Assembly: GCF_016433145.1 (NCBI RefSeq)
Contig: NC_058131.1
Span: 555,157,831-555,221,830, forward strand
Origin: Gracilinanus agilis
Taxonomy: Eukaryota
Length of the DNA stretch: 64,000 bases
Reading direction: 5' to 3'
The notes beneath the pieces are model-generated. The model was not told the origin of the DNA and did not search any database. It worked only from the letters and a program-made list of their open reading frames with translations. How positions within the stretch are numbered: position 1 is the first letter of the stretch; every line of letters starts with the position of its first letter. Position numbers and translations under genes: made by a program. Below are positions 24,111 through 37,336 of the stretch, piece by piece.

Positions 24111-25473
24111 TTGTGTTCCTTCTATGCACCTAATCAAAACAGCAGTTGCAGAATACTAACCTAAAATATTTTTTTTTCTCTCCCCTACAACAGAAAGGTG
24201 GCTTTTGCAGTATTGAACTTAAAATGCATTTTTTTTCGAAAATATTCAATTATTCAAAATTCTAGCTGATTTATTACTTTTTACCTGCAGGTTACAAATC
24301 ATAGTTAGTGAAGCTTTGCTGTGAGGTAGGTATTACTGCATTTTTCAGATGAGGAAACAGGCTTACAGTGTGGATCATTAGTGGAGGTGGGAAAAAGAGG
24401 TTAAGAATTTCAGTAATAAGGCTTTGTTATGCAGTTAGTATAATAAAAATGTGCTAGCTATTACATCATTTGCAAGAGTACTTGCAACCACAGGAAGGAA
24501 ACTAGAAACTTCCAAACTTATTTTAGGTATATAAATTGTCAGTGAGACCTAGAACTACACGAATTTGGGATTAATAGGCAATATTACGATTTCTATTGTA
24601 GCTTATTTAAAATTTGTAGCTATAAAAAGTTTGCTAAACTCGACTATTTCTTGGAGACACAGATCTTAATTTTTAATTGGTATAAAACATAGAATTGTTA
24701 ACCAGAAAGTGCTTTCCCCTCTACATCTCAGTAGAACTAATATTGTTTATTTTTAGCCACTAATGACAAATAAAGTCAAGATAAAGGAAATCTCTTTTGT
24801 GAGAGTGGACTTATGTAGTTTTATGCCAAATGACCCATACTCTAATCGTTAGTATTTATGTTTAATATTTGCAAGGTGCTTTATGTATGTTATAATTTAA
24901 TCCTTCGAACATTCCTCTGAAGTAGATGCTAATTTTATAACTTTTACAGATAGAAAATAGATTGAGTGACTTTTCACAAAGTTATCTTGAGACAGGATTT
25001 TGAATTCTGCTCATCCTGACTATAGGACCAGTGTCTCTTAGCTGCCTGTAATGAATAGTAATGAAAGAATCCTTTGTTCTTCCAGATTATCAGAGACAAA
25101 GGTGGAAAGGGCAAGTTTTCACCAAAATTTTATTAATTTTTTTTCTTCTAAAAAAATAAGAGGATAGAGCATGGAGTAAGCTGTTATAGGAAATTATTCA
25201 TTTTTAATAGGAACTTAATCAACTAGGTGTTACTTATCAGGTTTTTTTTAAACAGTTGATTTTATTAGATGAAAATTTAAAGTGAACTATAGTTTTGACT
25301 ATGGATATTGGAGGGTCATTTTAGGATCCAGGCATCCTCATTTACACCATATAATAAAAATTCCAAGTTAAACATTGCTATGAAACTACTGGCTGTCCAC
25401 AGACCATTTTTTTGGGGGGGATGAGGTATAGCTAGATGTACTTTATAGTAGGATAGGTAGAGGCAGCATTTTT

Positions 25474-25670
25474 CTCTCTTTTTTTTTTTTTTAAACCCTT
25501 GTACTTCCGTGTATTGTCTCATAGGTGGAAGATTGGTAAGGGTGGGCAATGGGGGTCAAGTGACTTGCCCAGGGTCACACAGCTGGGAAGTGGCTGAGGC
25601 CGGGTTTGAACCTAGGACCTCCTGTCTCTAGGCCTGACTCTCACTCCACTGAGCTACCCAGCTGCCCCAT
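25474..25670 (-). mobile_element. Young SINE1_Mdo-like element, antisense in HNRNPC
   Basis: 14-bp TSD GAGGCAGCATTTTT (25460-25473 and 25671-25684). CpGs retained. Confidence 0.92.
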
Positions 25671-27966
25671 GAGGCAGCATTTTTAAAGTGGTGCTAGGCC
25701 AAGGGAGAAGATGAAGAAAGGAAGAGATATCCATTTCTTGAACTTTGTGCTCAATGTTATTACTCTTTACACTACTTTGTCTTTAGGATCATAATTTTTA
25801 GTTGGTAGTAACCTTAGAGATCAATTAGTCTAGCTTCCCACATTTCTAGATGAGGGGACCAAGGAAATTTTCAATGTTTTTTACATTATTTTGTTTTTCC
25901 TTTAGTGTTTATCTCTGCAGTTGGGAAATAAAGACTTAAGAATAAGACTTGATTCTGACCCTTTCACTACAAAGCCATTAGTCAAAGTCTATAACAGAAG
26001 TTTACACTCATTTTCTGTGACCAGGTATTTAGATATGATGTCACATTTAAAGAATAAAAGAAAATTTTAGGTCTTGATTTATTAAAAAGTGCTACATTTT
26101 TCAAGTATATTTGTACAAATGTGCAAAAGTACATTTTTTTCTTGAAGTATGCTGTTGAACATGAAGGAAAGGTTAGGAGTAACATTTATAAAAACATGGG
26201 GATTTGGTGTGATACAAATAAAGAGCACTGGATTGAAAGCAGAAAATAGGAGTTTTAGTTGCAGCTCTGCCATACTGGCTGTGAGTTTGGTCAAGCTACT
26301 TATAACCTTTCTGAACCTCAGTTTATCTAAAATGAAGTAAGAATTAGATGATCTTTTTATAGGTACAATCTATGATTGAAAACCCTTTATTTGAACAAAG
26401 GATAAAAAGGGGATAAGTTTTAATAAACCAATTACAAACACAACTAAAATGGTATATTTAAGTAATCCACATTCAACACCCCCATCACTATGATACAGGA
26501 GATTAACTTTCTATTTTCCCTTTTGTAATTCATCAGTTTAATAAAAATCATAATGGGCCTCTGAGTAAGCATTACTATTGAGAAGATTAATTTTCTCTGT
26601 GATAATTCTTACTCTTTTTTAGCTTTTGAGCAAAGGAATGCCATTGCAAATGGGCCCTGAAATTGACTTCAAATTTTAAGCACAAAAAATAATTTTGTAT
26701 TTGGCCTTTCAAAATGTTCTAAATTAAAACTGGGTTAATTGAAAGACTTGATATCTGCTCTAATTATGGAATTAATATATTAAAATGTACATCTTCACAA
26801 TTTAATAATCCCGTATGGTTATTTATGTGACTGCAGAGCCGATCTGTCTACCTTGTTATTTTTATTTTGCATACGTAGTTGAGTAAAGTTTTAAAAATTA
26901 CAATCCATGTCATGTTACTTTGGACATTACAGATTTCATAATGGGCATTAGAAGTTCTTGGTCTGAATAAATCGCTTTGTTCTACTTGTGTTAGGTAAAA
27001 TTTGATTTGAAAAAATCTTTTTGTTGATAATGTAAATCTGCTTTTAAGTCGACTGATTAAACATGTAATACTGAGTAGGTGGTTTACATCATCTGGAGTC
27101 CTTGCCATTTATATTTTAAGAGGAAAGTCATGGTCTCCTAATTATCTTGTAGCAAATGAAAACCATTTTTATTTCTTTTTATATCAATGATACCCCATCA
27201 CTTTCTAAGAGGAAACTGTTAGTTTTAGTGAGCCATATACTACTTGATGGCTATATGATTTCTAGAGTAAGCCTTGGATAAATAGTATATATATCAGTGG
27301 CTCAGCTAGCCTGTTAATTTCTCTCAAGTATTGGCTCCAAGTGCCATTTTATGTATTTTGTGGAATTTTCCCCTTTCGTCAATGAAATATTTACTATTTT
27401 TTAAAAAGAAATTGATGATTCCATGCATAGTCATTTTGTGCACTTTCTGGCTTATGGAGTGTCACTTGTACTAATCATTGTGCATACCTTATTACACATT
27501 GTCCACATGGTATATTATGAGTTCTGGGGATGTCTAGGCTTGAAGATGAGCTTTTCTTCAGTATTTCTTTGTAGTGAAGTAATTTGAAAATACAGTCCTA
27601 ATTAAAATACCTTTAGTATAATCATTCATTTCTCTATCAGTGACCTGTTTTTCCTAACATTGCTTATAACAAGCATGAATGTTTACACAAAATCTTTTTT
27701 GAGAGTCTCTTCAAGGTATTTCCCTTTACCCCCAGTGTATTCTTGATTTATTCTGATCACCTTTTAAGAATTATAAGTAGAGGTAATAGAGATGATAGAG
27801 GCTCTTCTCTATCCATTCTATCCAGTGTTATATTTATATTTACCAAAGTGGGGTAGGGATTGAATTTAAAACTTCTTTCCAACAGTCAAGTGCTTCTGTC
27901 TTGGGGGTTTTAGGGCACAGCATTTCTGAGGAACTTTGACTCAATCTGTCCCTTCTCCTTTCACAG

Positions 27967-28299
27967 GGCAGCAAGGCGAACCCCATCCCTACTCACTGGA
28001 GCTCAGCTTTGATTTTTAACCTCCCCTCCCTGCCCTTTCAAAACACACACACTCCCATCCAAAAGCCTGATTTTGTAAAGAAATTTTAAACATAATGATG
28101 CAACTTGGCGCGCACTGCGGCAAATTTGTAGGTGTTTTTTTTTAAAAATTGTTTTCAAAAAAAGAGACCTGGATTTAAGATGTAATTTTTAAAATTTCTA
28201 TTTCTATTTTTTTCTGCAGCAGTTGGGTTAGAGGAGGAGGAGCCTTTTAGCCTCTCATAAATTGACCTCTCTACTTCCTCATGTATTTTTAAGATTGAA
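27967..28299 (+). other. HNRNPC: Non-repeat intron-1 block with two strong 3' splice sites (alternative 5'UTR exon region)
   Basis: TTTGAC branch, pyrimidine tract and CACAG| ending at 27966. Second acceptor TTTTTTTCTGCAG|CAG| at 28217-28222, followed by GAGGAGGAGGAG. Resembles human HNRNPC 5'UTR-variant sequence as I recall it (unverified). Runs into an assembly gap. Confidence 0.6.
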
Positions 28300-28644
28300 N
28301 NNNNNNNNNNNNNNNNNNNNNNNNNNNNNNNNNNNNNNNNNNNNNNNNNNNNNNNNNNNNNNNNNNNNNNNNNNNNNNNNNNNNNNNNNNNNNNNNNNNN
28401 NNNNNNNNNNNNNNNNNNNNNNNNNNNNNNNNNNNNNNNNNNNNNNNNNNNNNNNNNNNNNNNNNNNNNNNNNNNNNNNNNNNNNNNNNNNNNNNNNNNN
28501 NNNNNNNNNNNNNNNNNNNNNNNNNNNNNNNNNNNNNNNNNNNNNNNNNNNNNNNNNNNNNNNNNNNNNNNNNNNNNNNNNNNNNNNNNNNNNNNNNNNN
28601 NNNNNNNNNNNNNNNNNNNNNNNNNNNNNNNNNNNNNNNNNNNN
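28300..28644. other. Assembly gap (N run)
   Basis: 345 Ns. Confidence 1.
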
Positions 28645-28862
28645 AACCGGATTAAATCGAGTTTTTCTGAATGTTCCTGAGCATTTCTCCTGCCTCCTGA
28701 TTGACTTGGGAGTTTTGCAACCTTGGAGAGAGAGCTGAGGCATTAGCATTTTTAAGTGGATTGATCCCATAAACCTTTTCTCTCCCAACCCCACCCTCAC
28801 CCCCATCCCCTTCCCCACACTCAAAGAATTTGACTGGCTGCTTAAGTCTGTGACCTAATTTT

Positions 28863-29011
28863 TNNNNNNNNNNNNNNNNNNNNNNNNNNNNNNNNNNNNN
28901 NNNNNNNNNNNNNNNNNNNNNNNNNNNNNNNNNNNNNNNNNNNNNNNNNNNNNNNNNNNNNNNNNNNNNNNNNNNNNNNNNNNNNNNNNNNNNNNNNNNN
29001 NNNNNNNNNNN
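28863..29011. other. Assembly gap (N run)
   Basis: 149 Ns. Confidence 1.
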
Positions 29012-29030
29012 GGTGATGGCATTTTCCCAG

Positions 29031-29203
29031 AAAGCCATCTTCTTCCTATGCCCCATGAAATCCCCTCCTTCTCTTCATGTACACTACCCCTCACAAACCA
29101 CAAGCTGCAACACCATGGATGCCCAGTCTGGAGCAGCAGCAGCCAGGATCACCTGGAGCCAAAGGGGTTCTTCGGAACAGATGCAAACCCATCCTGGGTG
29201 ATG
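29031..29203 (+). other. HNRNPC: Candidate uORF-containing 5'UTR cassette exon (acceptor uncertain: 29031, 29105, or hidden in the gap)
   Basis: Strong donor ATG|GTAAGA after 29203. Kozak-context ACACCATGG at 29115. uORF of 28 codons stopping at 29199-29201. Non-repetitive sequence. Confidence 0.5.
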
Positions 29204-32200
29204 GTAAGAGGTGTGAGGTCCAGTTGGTTTCATTGAAAAGACTAGGAAATACTCCCAAGTTCAAGTGTCCTGATGTAGATGTCCTTGTGTAAATAGTATT
29301 TAGGTTATGCCTTCACTGTGGAACTGTCTTTTCCCTAGGAAAGGCTACCTTCATTTCTATTTTGAAGCTTATAAATCCAGGAAGATTCTTAATTTGAACT
29401 AATTTAGGAATTTGGTAATTGGGAAAGAGCTGAGTTGAACTTTGCTTTTAGGATTAAGAAAAGATTTTTAAGCAGAGTGCCCTTCAAATCTTAGAACAAT
29501 TTTTAACCTACCTAAGAGGATAAATTTCAGTACTTTAGAAACACCAATTAATACAAATAAATATAAATTATACTTAAACCTGCTAATAAAGACCCAGAGA
29601 ACCTCCAGTGGTTAACATTTAGGTTTTCATTTAAAATGTGAGTTGGAGAGGACTTTAAAGGTTATCTAGTCCTTGTTTGTAACTGAGGAAAATTATTTTT
29701 TTAACTTATCAAAATTCAAATTCCTTAATTTTAAAGATTCTTTACTCAAATTAGTTGGCTATATATTTATATTATGTGTTATGAGACATTTGATGTGGAA
29801 CATATCTGATTTTCACAACTTTGGAATCTTGTGAATTCTTCATTATAATTTAATCCTTCAAAACAAAAATCAGAATTGTAGAAACTACACATAGTTGAGT
29901 TAGACTTTGAATCAAAATGTTATGTAAATTAAAGTATCTGAAGCATTCCAGTAGCTCTAGATGGGCTGCTTAGAGCCTGAAAGTAGGGAAAAAGCATTTA
30001 GTCTTTACAGCCTTTTAGAGGAAGAAGCTGCTGTGTTCTTTCTTTGATTTTGTATATGTGTGTGCTTGTGTTTAATTTAGGCCCTATTAGAATAATGTGG
30101 GGCATGCCCTTCTGAGATTAAACATTCATGAAAGTTATAGAGGATGCTGCCAGTTGGTATAGTGACTAGCTTGTTTGTAGCATTTTAGACATTTAAAAAA
30201 AATACAGGATTATTTAAAGAGCATGTGGTTTTGGATATCACATAGCAACCAGATTCACTTAACAAATTTCAGTTTCTTATAAGGAATGCCAGCACAAGGG
30301 GAGATCATAGCACGTAACAAATTACTGCATAGCTCTATTTTAAATAAATTTTGCTCTTTTCCCCCTTCCATATAAACAAAAACAAAATAATAAAGCTCAT
30401 TACTAACCTTATACCAACAAAATTGGCTAAAATGAAAAAGTCTGAAAGAGAAAAGATGAAATGTAATAAAATCATTAAAAAGCAATTTTCAGTCTTGAGA
30501 AATTTGTGATTAAGGGATCCGGGTAAGAGGGAAGTTAAGCAGGACAACAAAGGTCTCCTGATAACTTGATATACATACCACCTCCCTCCTGTACTTGTCT
30601 TCCCTGAGCTCCCTTTAAAGCATCATCCTGAGGCTAGAATTTTAATGTGCTGCTTTTGGGAAATTTGGCATCATCTGCTGTATAAAGTTATAGTAAGGAA
30701 CAGGTTGGCTAGATGACAACTGACCAACTCTGGGGAATTATTGGTTCATAAACCTCAAAAACTCACTGGGAATGCTGAGAGGTAGTAATAGTCTATTTCT
30801 GACCTGAAAATAAAAGAAAATGCAAGATCTAGTTTCTCCCCCACATCCCCAGAAGCCTTTTAATTACAACATTTAAAAATATTTTGAATTCAGATTAAGT
30901 TTTAATTTTATCCATGGTAATGGTAGTGTATGTAAGCTCAACAGCAAAAATAGAAATAGGCTCATTTGTATATATCTGATAAGGGTATATCTGATATGAT
31001 TATGTTTCCGTGGATCAATGATCCATCTATATTAAAAACTGATCTACTGATCCATGCTTTTTCACCTTGTGTGCTATACATCAGGATCTTCTCAGTGTCC
31101 TAGGAAGCCTTTAAAAACCTTTTAAGGTCTTAACATTTTTTGATATTAGTGTATCATTTTAGCTCTCGATTTTGATAATTCAGTTTCAAAAATGGAGTCA
31201 CTTAAATAAGGAAAAAAAACTAGAAAACCATGATTTTTCCTTTATCTTTTTTTCCATCTTCCCTAGAGCAATACTTCTAGATAACATCCTGAAGCCTTCG
31301 GAGAATTTATACTTTGTTATTTAATTTGTTGCCTTATTTACATTTTGCCTGGTCTTGGGTGTAGTGATTTTAAATATATCAACCACCTGGATTCTGTCCA
31401 TTGGAGGATGGCTAAGCAGATGGTTATATGAACAAAGAACTTTAAAAGTTTATATTGATGTAATAAAAAATATAATTGAAAGCAATTTGTCACAAAATCT
31501 AGATAATCCAGTTTATTGACAAGGCACTATTCAAAGGTTTCAAAAGTATTTGGTAGCTTAGAGTTTTAGGGAATCTGCCACATGATCAGTTATAGGTATG
31601 AATTCCATAATGCTAGCCCAAGTGCATGTTAAAAGAGGATAGAAATTCTTTGAAAAGAGTTAAGTTACATGCCACATGGATCAGTGATGAGCTAAAGCCT
31701 AACTAAAGATTAATCTGATAAGAGTTGAAGTTGGTACCTATAGTCTTGAGTGAATTTAGTGAAGTCATAGGGTAATGATGCATATGGAAGAAGGAAAAGC
31801 ATTCAGAATTCTGGAAGAGTCTCCTTGCGCCTGTCAATTAACTGGGACCCATTTGTTGAAGTCAGAATTGATGCAGCATTCTAGGAATCTTTGGACTGGT
31901 GGTGAAGAGGGTTTAGATAATTTCTAAGGTGAATCTTAAGAAAGTGGAGTTTTTAGCTTAAGGATGGCAATTTAATCAAAGGGAGAACTTGTTCTGTTTC
32001 CTTAGTATCATCTCAGGACAAGAATTGTAGAGAAAATGACACATGACAATTTTTATAACTTTCATGGCATATTTGTTTAGACTTCATCCAAGGAGGAATC
32101 ATTATGTTAAAAATTAATGCAATAATCTGAACATTCTCTTTTTTAAGTAATAGGTAGAAAAGTATGCTTGCTAAAAATGTTTTAGTTTCTATTATTGTGT

Positions 32201-34616
32201 CTTTAAGCCTTCATACTCACTTTCTGGTGGAATTCATTGGAACTACAGAATACCATTTCTTTTTGAAGTTTTATCTCATTTATATATAACCAAAAGGCAG
32301 AAAAATGGAATTCTAGCTTTGTTAATTTACTTTAATCTAGTGTGAGAGACATAGTTTTGAGATAATTGCCATGGTGTTCACTATCCTGAAAAAGCCTGAC
32401 TTGGAGGGAAAAAAGCTCTTTGAGCTTTGCAGAGCACCTTGTTACATTCTTATTCAGTCCTATTGTGAACTATTGTGAAGTAGGTGCTCTCTCCCCCATT
32501 TTACATATTTAGAAATCTGAACCATGCCTGGAACCCCAGAGCTATTAAGACTCTTGAGTTTGAATTTGAACCCATGTCTTCCTCTAGCCACAGTTGCAAG
32601 GTTTTTATTTGGCCTTTTTAGTGTAGGTAGGTCATAGGATTAAGATAGATAAGAGTTGGAAAGGGACCTTAAAGATCATGTAGTTTTAACTTTCCCCCAC
32701 CCCTGTCATTTTTTACAGAAGAGGAAATGGGGATCCAGAAATTTGTCCAAGATAATAAATGTAAATGTCCATGGATTTCTTCTGTATTACTTGACTGAAA
32801 ACAGTCTATGAGCTAGTGAAATTTCCATTCCTGGAGATTGGAATATAGTTTTATTTTAGTATCCAATATTGGTTACAATACTTAAAGAGAATATCTTTAT
32901 TTCTAACTGCTGATTAGGCCAAATTATAATAGTAGACAATTAACAAGCTTCTGTCTTTAGGGCACCATATTAAAAAAAGTTTTATCACATTGATGTTTTT
33001 CAGTGCTGTATAAAATCTTTATATTCTAAATTGGTAGGAGGCAGCACCAGTTTATTGTGTTTAAATTGTGGAGATTATATCAGAAAGATGGGGGGACAAG
33101 GATTCATTGGTAATTAGCAGATAAACCTTGAGCCTCGAATATAGTGAAGTTACAAGAAAATAATGCATAAGGAAGGAGGAGAAAAAAACATTGAAAGAGC
33201 TAAATCCTTAGATGAGGCAGAAGAAAGGATGGTAGGAAGGGGGAGCTAAAAGAACCTGCTGTAAAAGTTATCACATACCTTGCCTTCCCCCTCCCCTCAA
33301 TATTTTAATTATAGCTCCTTTAACACAAAGGATCTAGATGACATTATTTCTATCTTTTATTTCTATTTATATGCAAATATAGCTTTTGACATTGCACCTT
33401 CAGATAAATTTATGTTTTGAGGTCACCTGAATATTTTAGAATCTTTTATAAGGTTAATCAGTTGGAAGGGACTTGAAAGTGTCTGTCTAGACCCAGTTCC
33501 TACCATCTTTTATACTAAGAGTCAAAGAGGTCAATACTGACACATAATCTATTAACAGGAAAACAAATACCCTGTAACTTAGGTTTATAAAACCATTCTA
33601 AATGTTTAAAAACATTTTTCTCAAAAGAGATAAAACTTTGAAGATCCCATGTCTGTCATTTTACATAAGCAGTTTTAGTGTATGTGTGGAACTTTATGGT
33701 TTAAAAACATCAAAGGAAAACACTTTCTGGTTTGGGATAAAAGAAGGGAAAAATGTGAAGTTATAGCATTCACACTCAGATCTCAGATACCATTAACTAC
33801 ACAAATTGAGCCGTTTTGTATGTTGACTTCCTAAGTGTTAAAATTTACTTTAAAATTTAATATACATATTACAAGTTTTCCTTACTTAAGATGGTAATAG
33901 TTAACATTGCATCTCCTTTTACTTTAAAATCCTTAAATTGTTCCTTCCCTATTTAGAAATTTTAAGTCAAGTTTTTCTTTTCATTCCTGTTATTTGCATT
34001 GCCAAAATTGACTTCAGTCTAATTACCTAATAAATAGAACAGACTAGACAGCATGGAACCTGCTCTATCAATTTTTTAATTCGTGTCTAAGAACTTAATG
34101 TCCCCTGTCCCCACTAAATGCTGTGTCTGTGCATCTTGTGTAAGTTGTACAAGAAAGACTACCGTCTTTTTGATTTACAGTCGAAATAACAAACTCCTAA
34201 CATTGAAGTTCCCTCTTTGTCCAAAGATACATCTTTTGGTTTCTTCCTGGTTCTTGAACTTTGGAGCAAATATCTGTTGTACACTGATGAATATAAGAGC
34301 CTGGAAAATTTAGCTAGGTGAATCTTTACCACTTACCTGAATTTTGCCTTTCCGTGACCATTACCATAACAAAAGGGAAACCTTGATAATGGATCAAAGG
34401 AAACACTTAAGCTCTGCTTTTACTTAGGTTTTTTTTCTTTGGATCTTGAGGGATTTGCTGTGTTGTCATTGTAGTTTACAAGGCCACTTGACTTTGTGTC
34501 ACTATTTCTGTTAGAGCCAAAATGGAACTGAAGAGTTTTAAAACAGACCATATGGTTTTAGCAACCTTGAATCAGTCACATTCTGGAGAACAACTTTATT
34601 CTCATTCTTAACTCTT

Positions 34617-34632
34617 TGCTGCCACCTGGTGA
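34617..34632 (-). promoter_or_regulatory. Candidate CTCF site
   Basis: Minus strand reads TCACCAGGTGGCAGCA, close to the CTCF core consensus. Motif match only. Confidence 0.45.
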
Positions 34633-36749
34633 TAAAATTAACTGTAGAATTTCATTATAAAAACTCGGATATTTATGGTGATAAGTTACTGCTCATCTCA
34701 TCTAGCATCTTTCAACTCATGAAGAAAGTATTCATGTGAAACTAGCTTGTGGCTTTTCATTAAACTGAATCTTTGACCTCTTGTTTCTTAATCCTTACCT
34801 TTATTTTGCAGTGTAGTTATTGTCATTCCTTGCGTCCTTTGTATTAAAGATATGGAGAATCAAGGTATTTTGGCCTTATACGATGGTTCATATCAGATCT
34901 CAAAAATGTCTCTCTGCTATTGTAGTTGTATAATCTTAATATTTTCAAGATTGTTTACTTAGGCTCATTAGAGCTTTGCAAATATTCTAAAGGTTCTAAG
35001 AAAATCTCTTATGTTGCCTTAAAGGTGCATTATGAAACCAATTCCTTGAGTCATCTTTTCATTTAGCCCTGCAACATTTGTCTTTTGGCTTCCTCCATAA
35101 TGATAGTTGATAGTTTTAAGAAATTCTTGTATATCAGTCATTGGACAAAGTTAAATTAATATTTGTAGACAGTTATAGTACCATTGCTTGCTCTTTCCAC
35201 TTCCTGAAGGAGCTAACCATGATTGAGATTTATTTTGTGTTTTTACTTTATTGTGACTTGTAGGTGATAACCTAATGACTTTTTGGTGTTTAACTTTGTA
35301 CTTAGCTGATTTGGTTTGGATAGCAGAGCGTTTTTGTTGCCAAGATTTTCCGCCTTGACTTGGCCTTTTAGCACTTCCATTTCCCTGGTATATCACTTTT
35401 AAGAAACCAGTCATTTTCATAACTTTTTCATTGAATAGGATATAGAAATTGTAGCTAAACAGATAATTGGAGGCTTTATGTTTAAATGGAAGGAACAAAG
35501 GTATTATGAATTTGATGAACCTAATTTGTTTTGCAAATATTTTAATTGTAAAAATTTGAAAGCTGGTAAGAAACCATGTTAACTATGTATGCTTTCTCTG
35601 TTAATTTTCCAGGATTAAGGCAAATGAGAAATGATAGTTTAAGGGAATCTAATAAAAGGTAGTCTAGGAATCATGGCAGAATTGGGGGTGGGGGTGGGAA
35701 TATTACTGTCATTTTTACTAGAAACATAGTGTAGGTTGTTTCTTGTTTTCATCCATTCTCATAAGAAGTGCAAAATAGTTCATAATCCATTATGCTATTA
35801 ATTTTGTTTTTGACTGGCATCATGTGTTGTACCACAGTTCACCATGAGGGATTTAATTTTACTTCCATAAACATTCAACATCTATTGCCACAACATAGTT
35901 TCTCTTAACCCATCACAGATCTGGTATTTGTGAATTTATCTAAATTTTATTTCGACCCTTTAGTATCTGGTATTTGGTGATTTCCAAAAATCCACCATTT
36001 TTACAAAATAGCACTTTTTCTTTAAAGTAACTTTTTGAAGTCTGATAAGATAGAAGCATTTGGAATGTTGACCTTCATTTTTAAAAAGTTTCAAAAAATT
36101 AAAAGTTTCTTGTTTTATATTATTAGTCATTACTGAATATTTACCTTCTTTGCCTTTTCTTCTTAAAGACAAAGTTAAGTGAAAACAGGTAGTGATTTGT
36201 GATAAATCCTGTTTGGCTTTCAAATACTTTCATAACCTGGCCTCCCACTTTTCCAGTTTTATACTTTTCTCACCCCTACATATTCAGTGATCCATTGGCA
36301 CTAGTTTTGCTGTCCCTTACACAAGACACTATCATCATTGGCTGTCTCATGTCTGCAATTTCCTCATCTCTGCCTCCAAGTTTCCCTGGATTCCTTCAAG
36401 TCTCATCTAGTCTCACCTTCTATAAGAAACCTTACGCAGTTGACCCTAATGCTAGTGGCATTAATGTGTTTTCCCTTTTGATTATCTTCAACTTAACATA
36501 TATATATCTTATTTGTACCTACCTGTTAACATACTGTTTCCTCCATTAGACTGAGCTCTTTGAGAACAGCTCCTTTGCCTTGCTTAATGAATATCTTCCA
36601 TATTTAGTAAATGATGATGAGTTGATAGTATATGTTACTCTCTGGTAGACTCATATCTCTCTGAAGAGAGGAAGAAAGATATTCTTTGCTTTTTATTGCC
36701 CAGGAATGGTCTAATGGTTGTCCAGAAATGACCATTAGCTCAAAGTTAA

Positions 36750-36941
36750 GTTTTTTTTTTTTTTTTTTAAACCTTTAACTTCTGTGTATTGGCTCCTAGG
36801 TGGAAGAGTGGTAAGGGTGGGCAATGGGGGTCAAGTGACTTGCCCAGAGTCATACAGCTGGGAAGCTTCTGAGGCCGGATTTGAACCTAGGACTTCCTGT
36901 CTCTAGGCCTGACTTTCAATCCACTGAACTACCCAGCTGCC
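36750..36941 (-). mobile_element. SINE1_Mdo-like element, antisense
   Basis: 11-bp TSD CTCAAAGTTAA (36739-36749 and 36942-36952). Long T tail. Confidence 0.92.
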
Positions 36942-37336
36942 CTCAAAGTTAAATTTTAATGGTGTTTTTTTTTGTTTCTATTATATTTTTTCAGATTCTT
37001 TTTTACTTTGCATCATTTCATATGCCTTTTCCCGTTTATCTAAATTCTTCGTATTTGTCATTTCTTACTGCACAATATTACATTCACGTTCTCTAGTTAA
37101 ACCGTTTCTCAATAGCTAGGCAACTATTTTGTTTCAAATTCATCTTTAAAGTAAAATTTGATCTTCACTTTGCACTCCTGCTTACTTTGTTTTGTCAGCC
37201 TGAGGACTCATTGCTGTAATCATCTCTCAGAAGATGTTCAGTGAACAGTCTTACGTTTTCATTTATGTATCCTGACTTTTTCCATACTTTTTCCATATAC
37301 TGTCTTTTAATACTATTTACTTGCCTCATGGAATTA

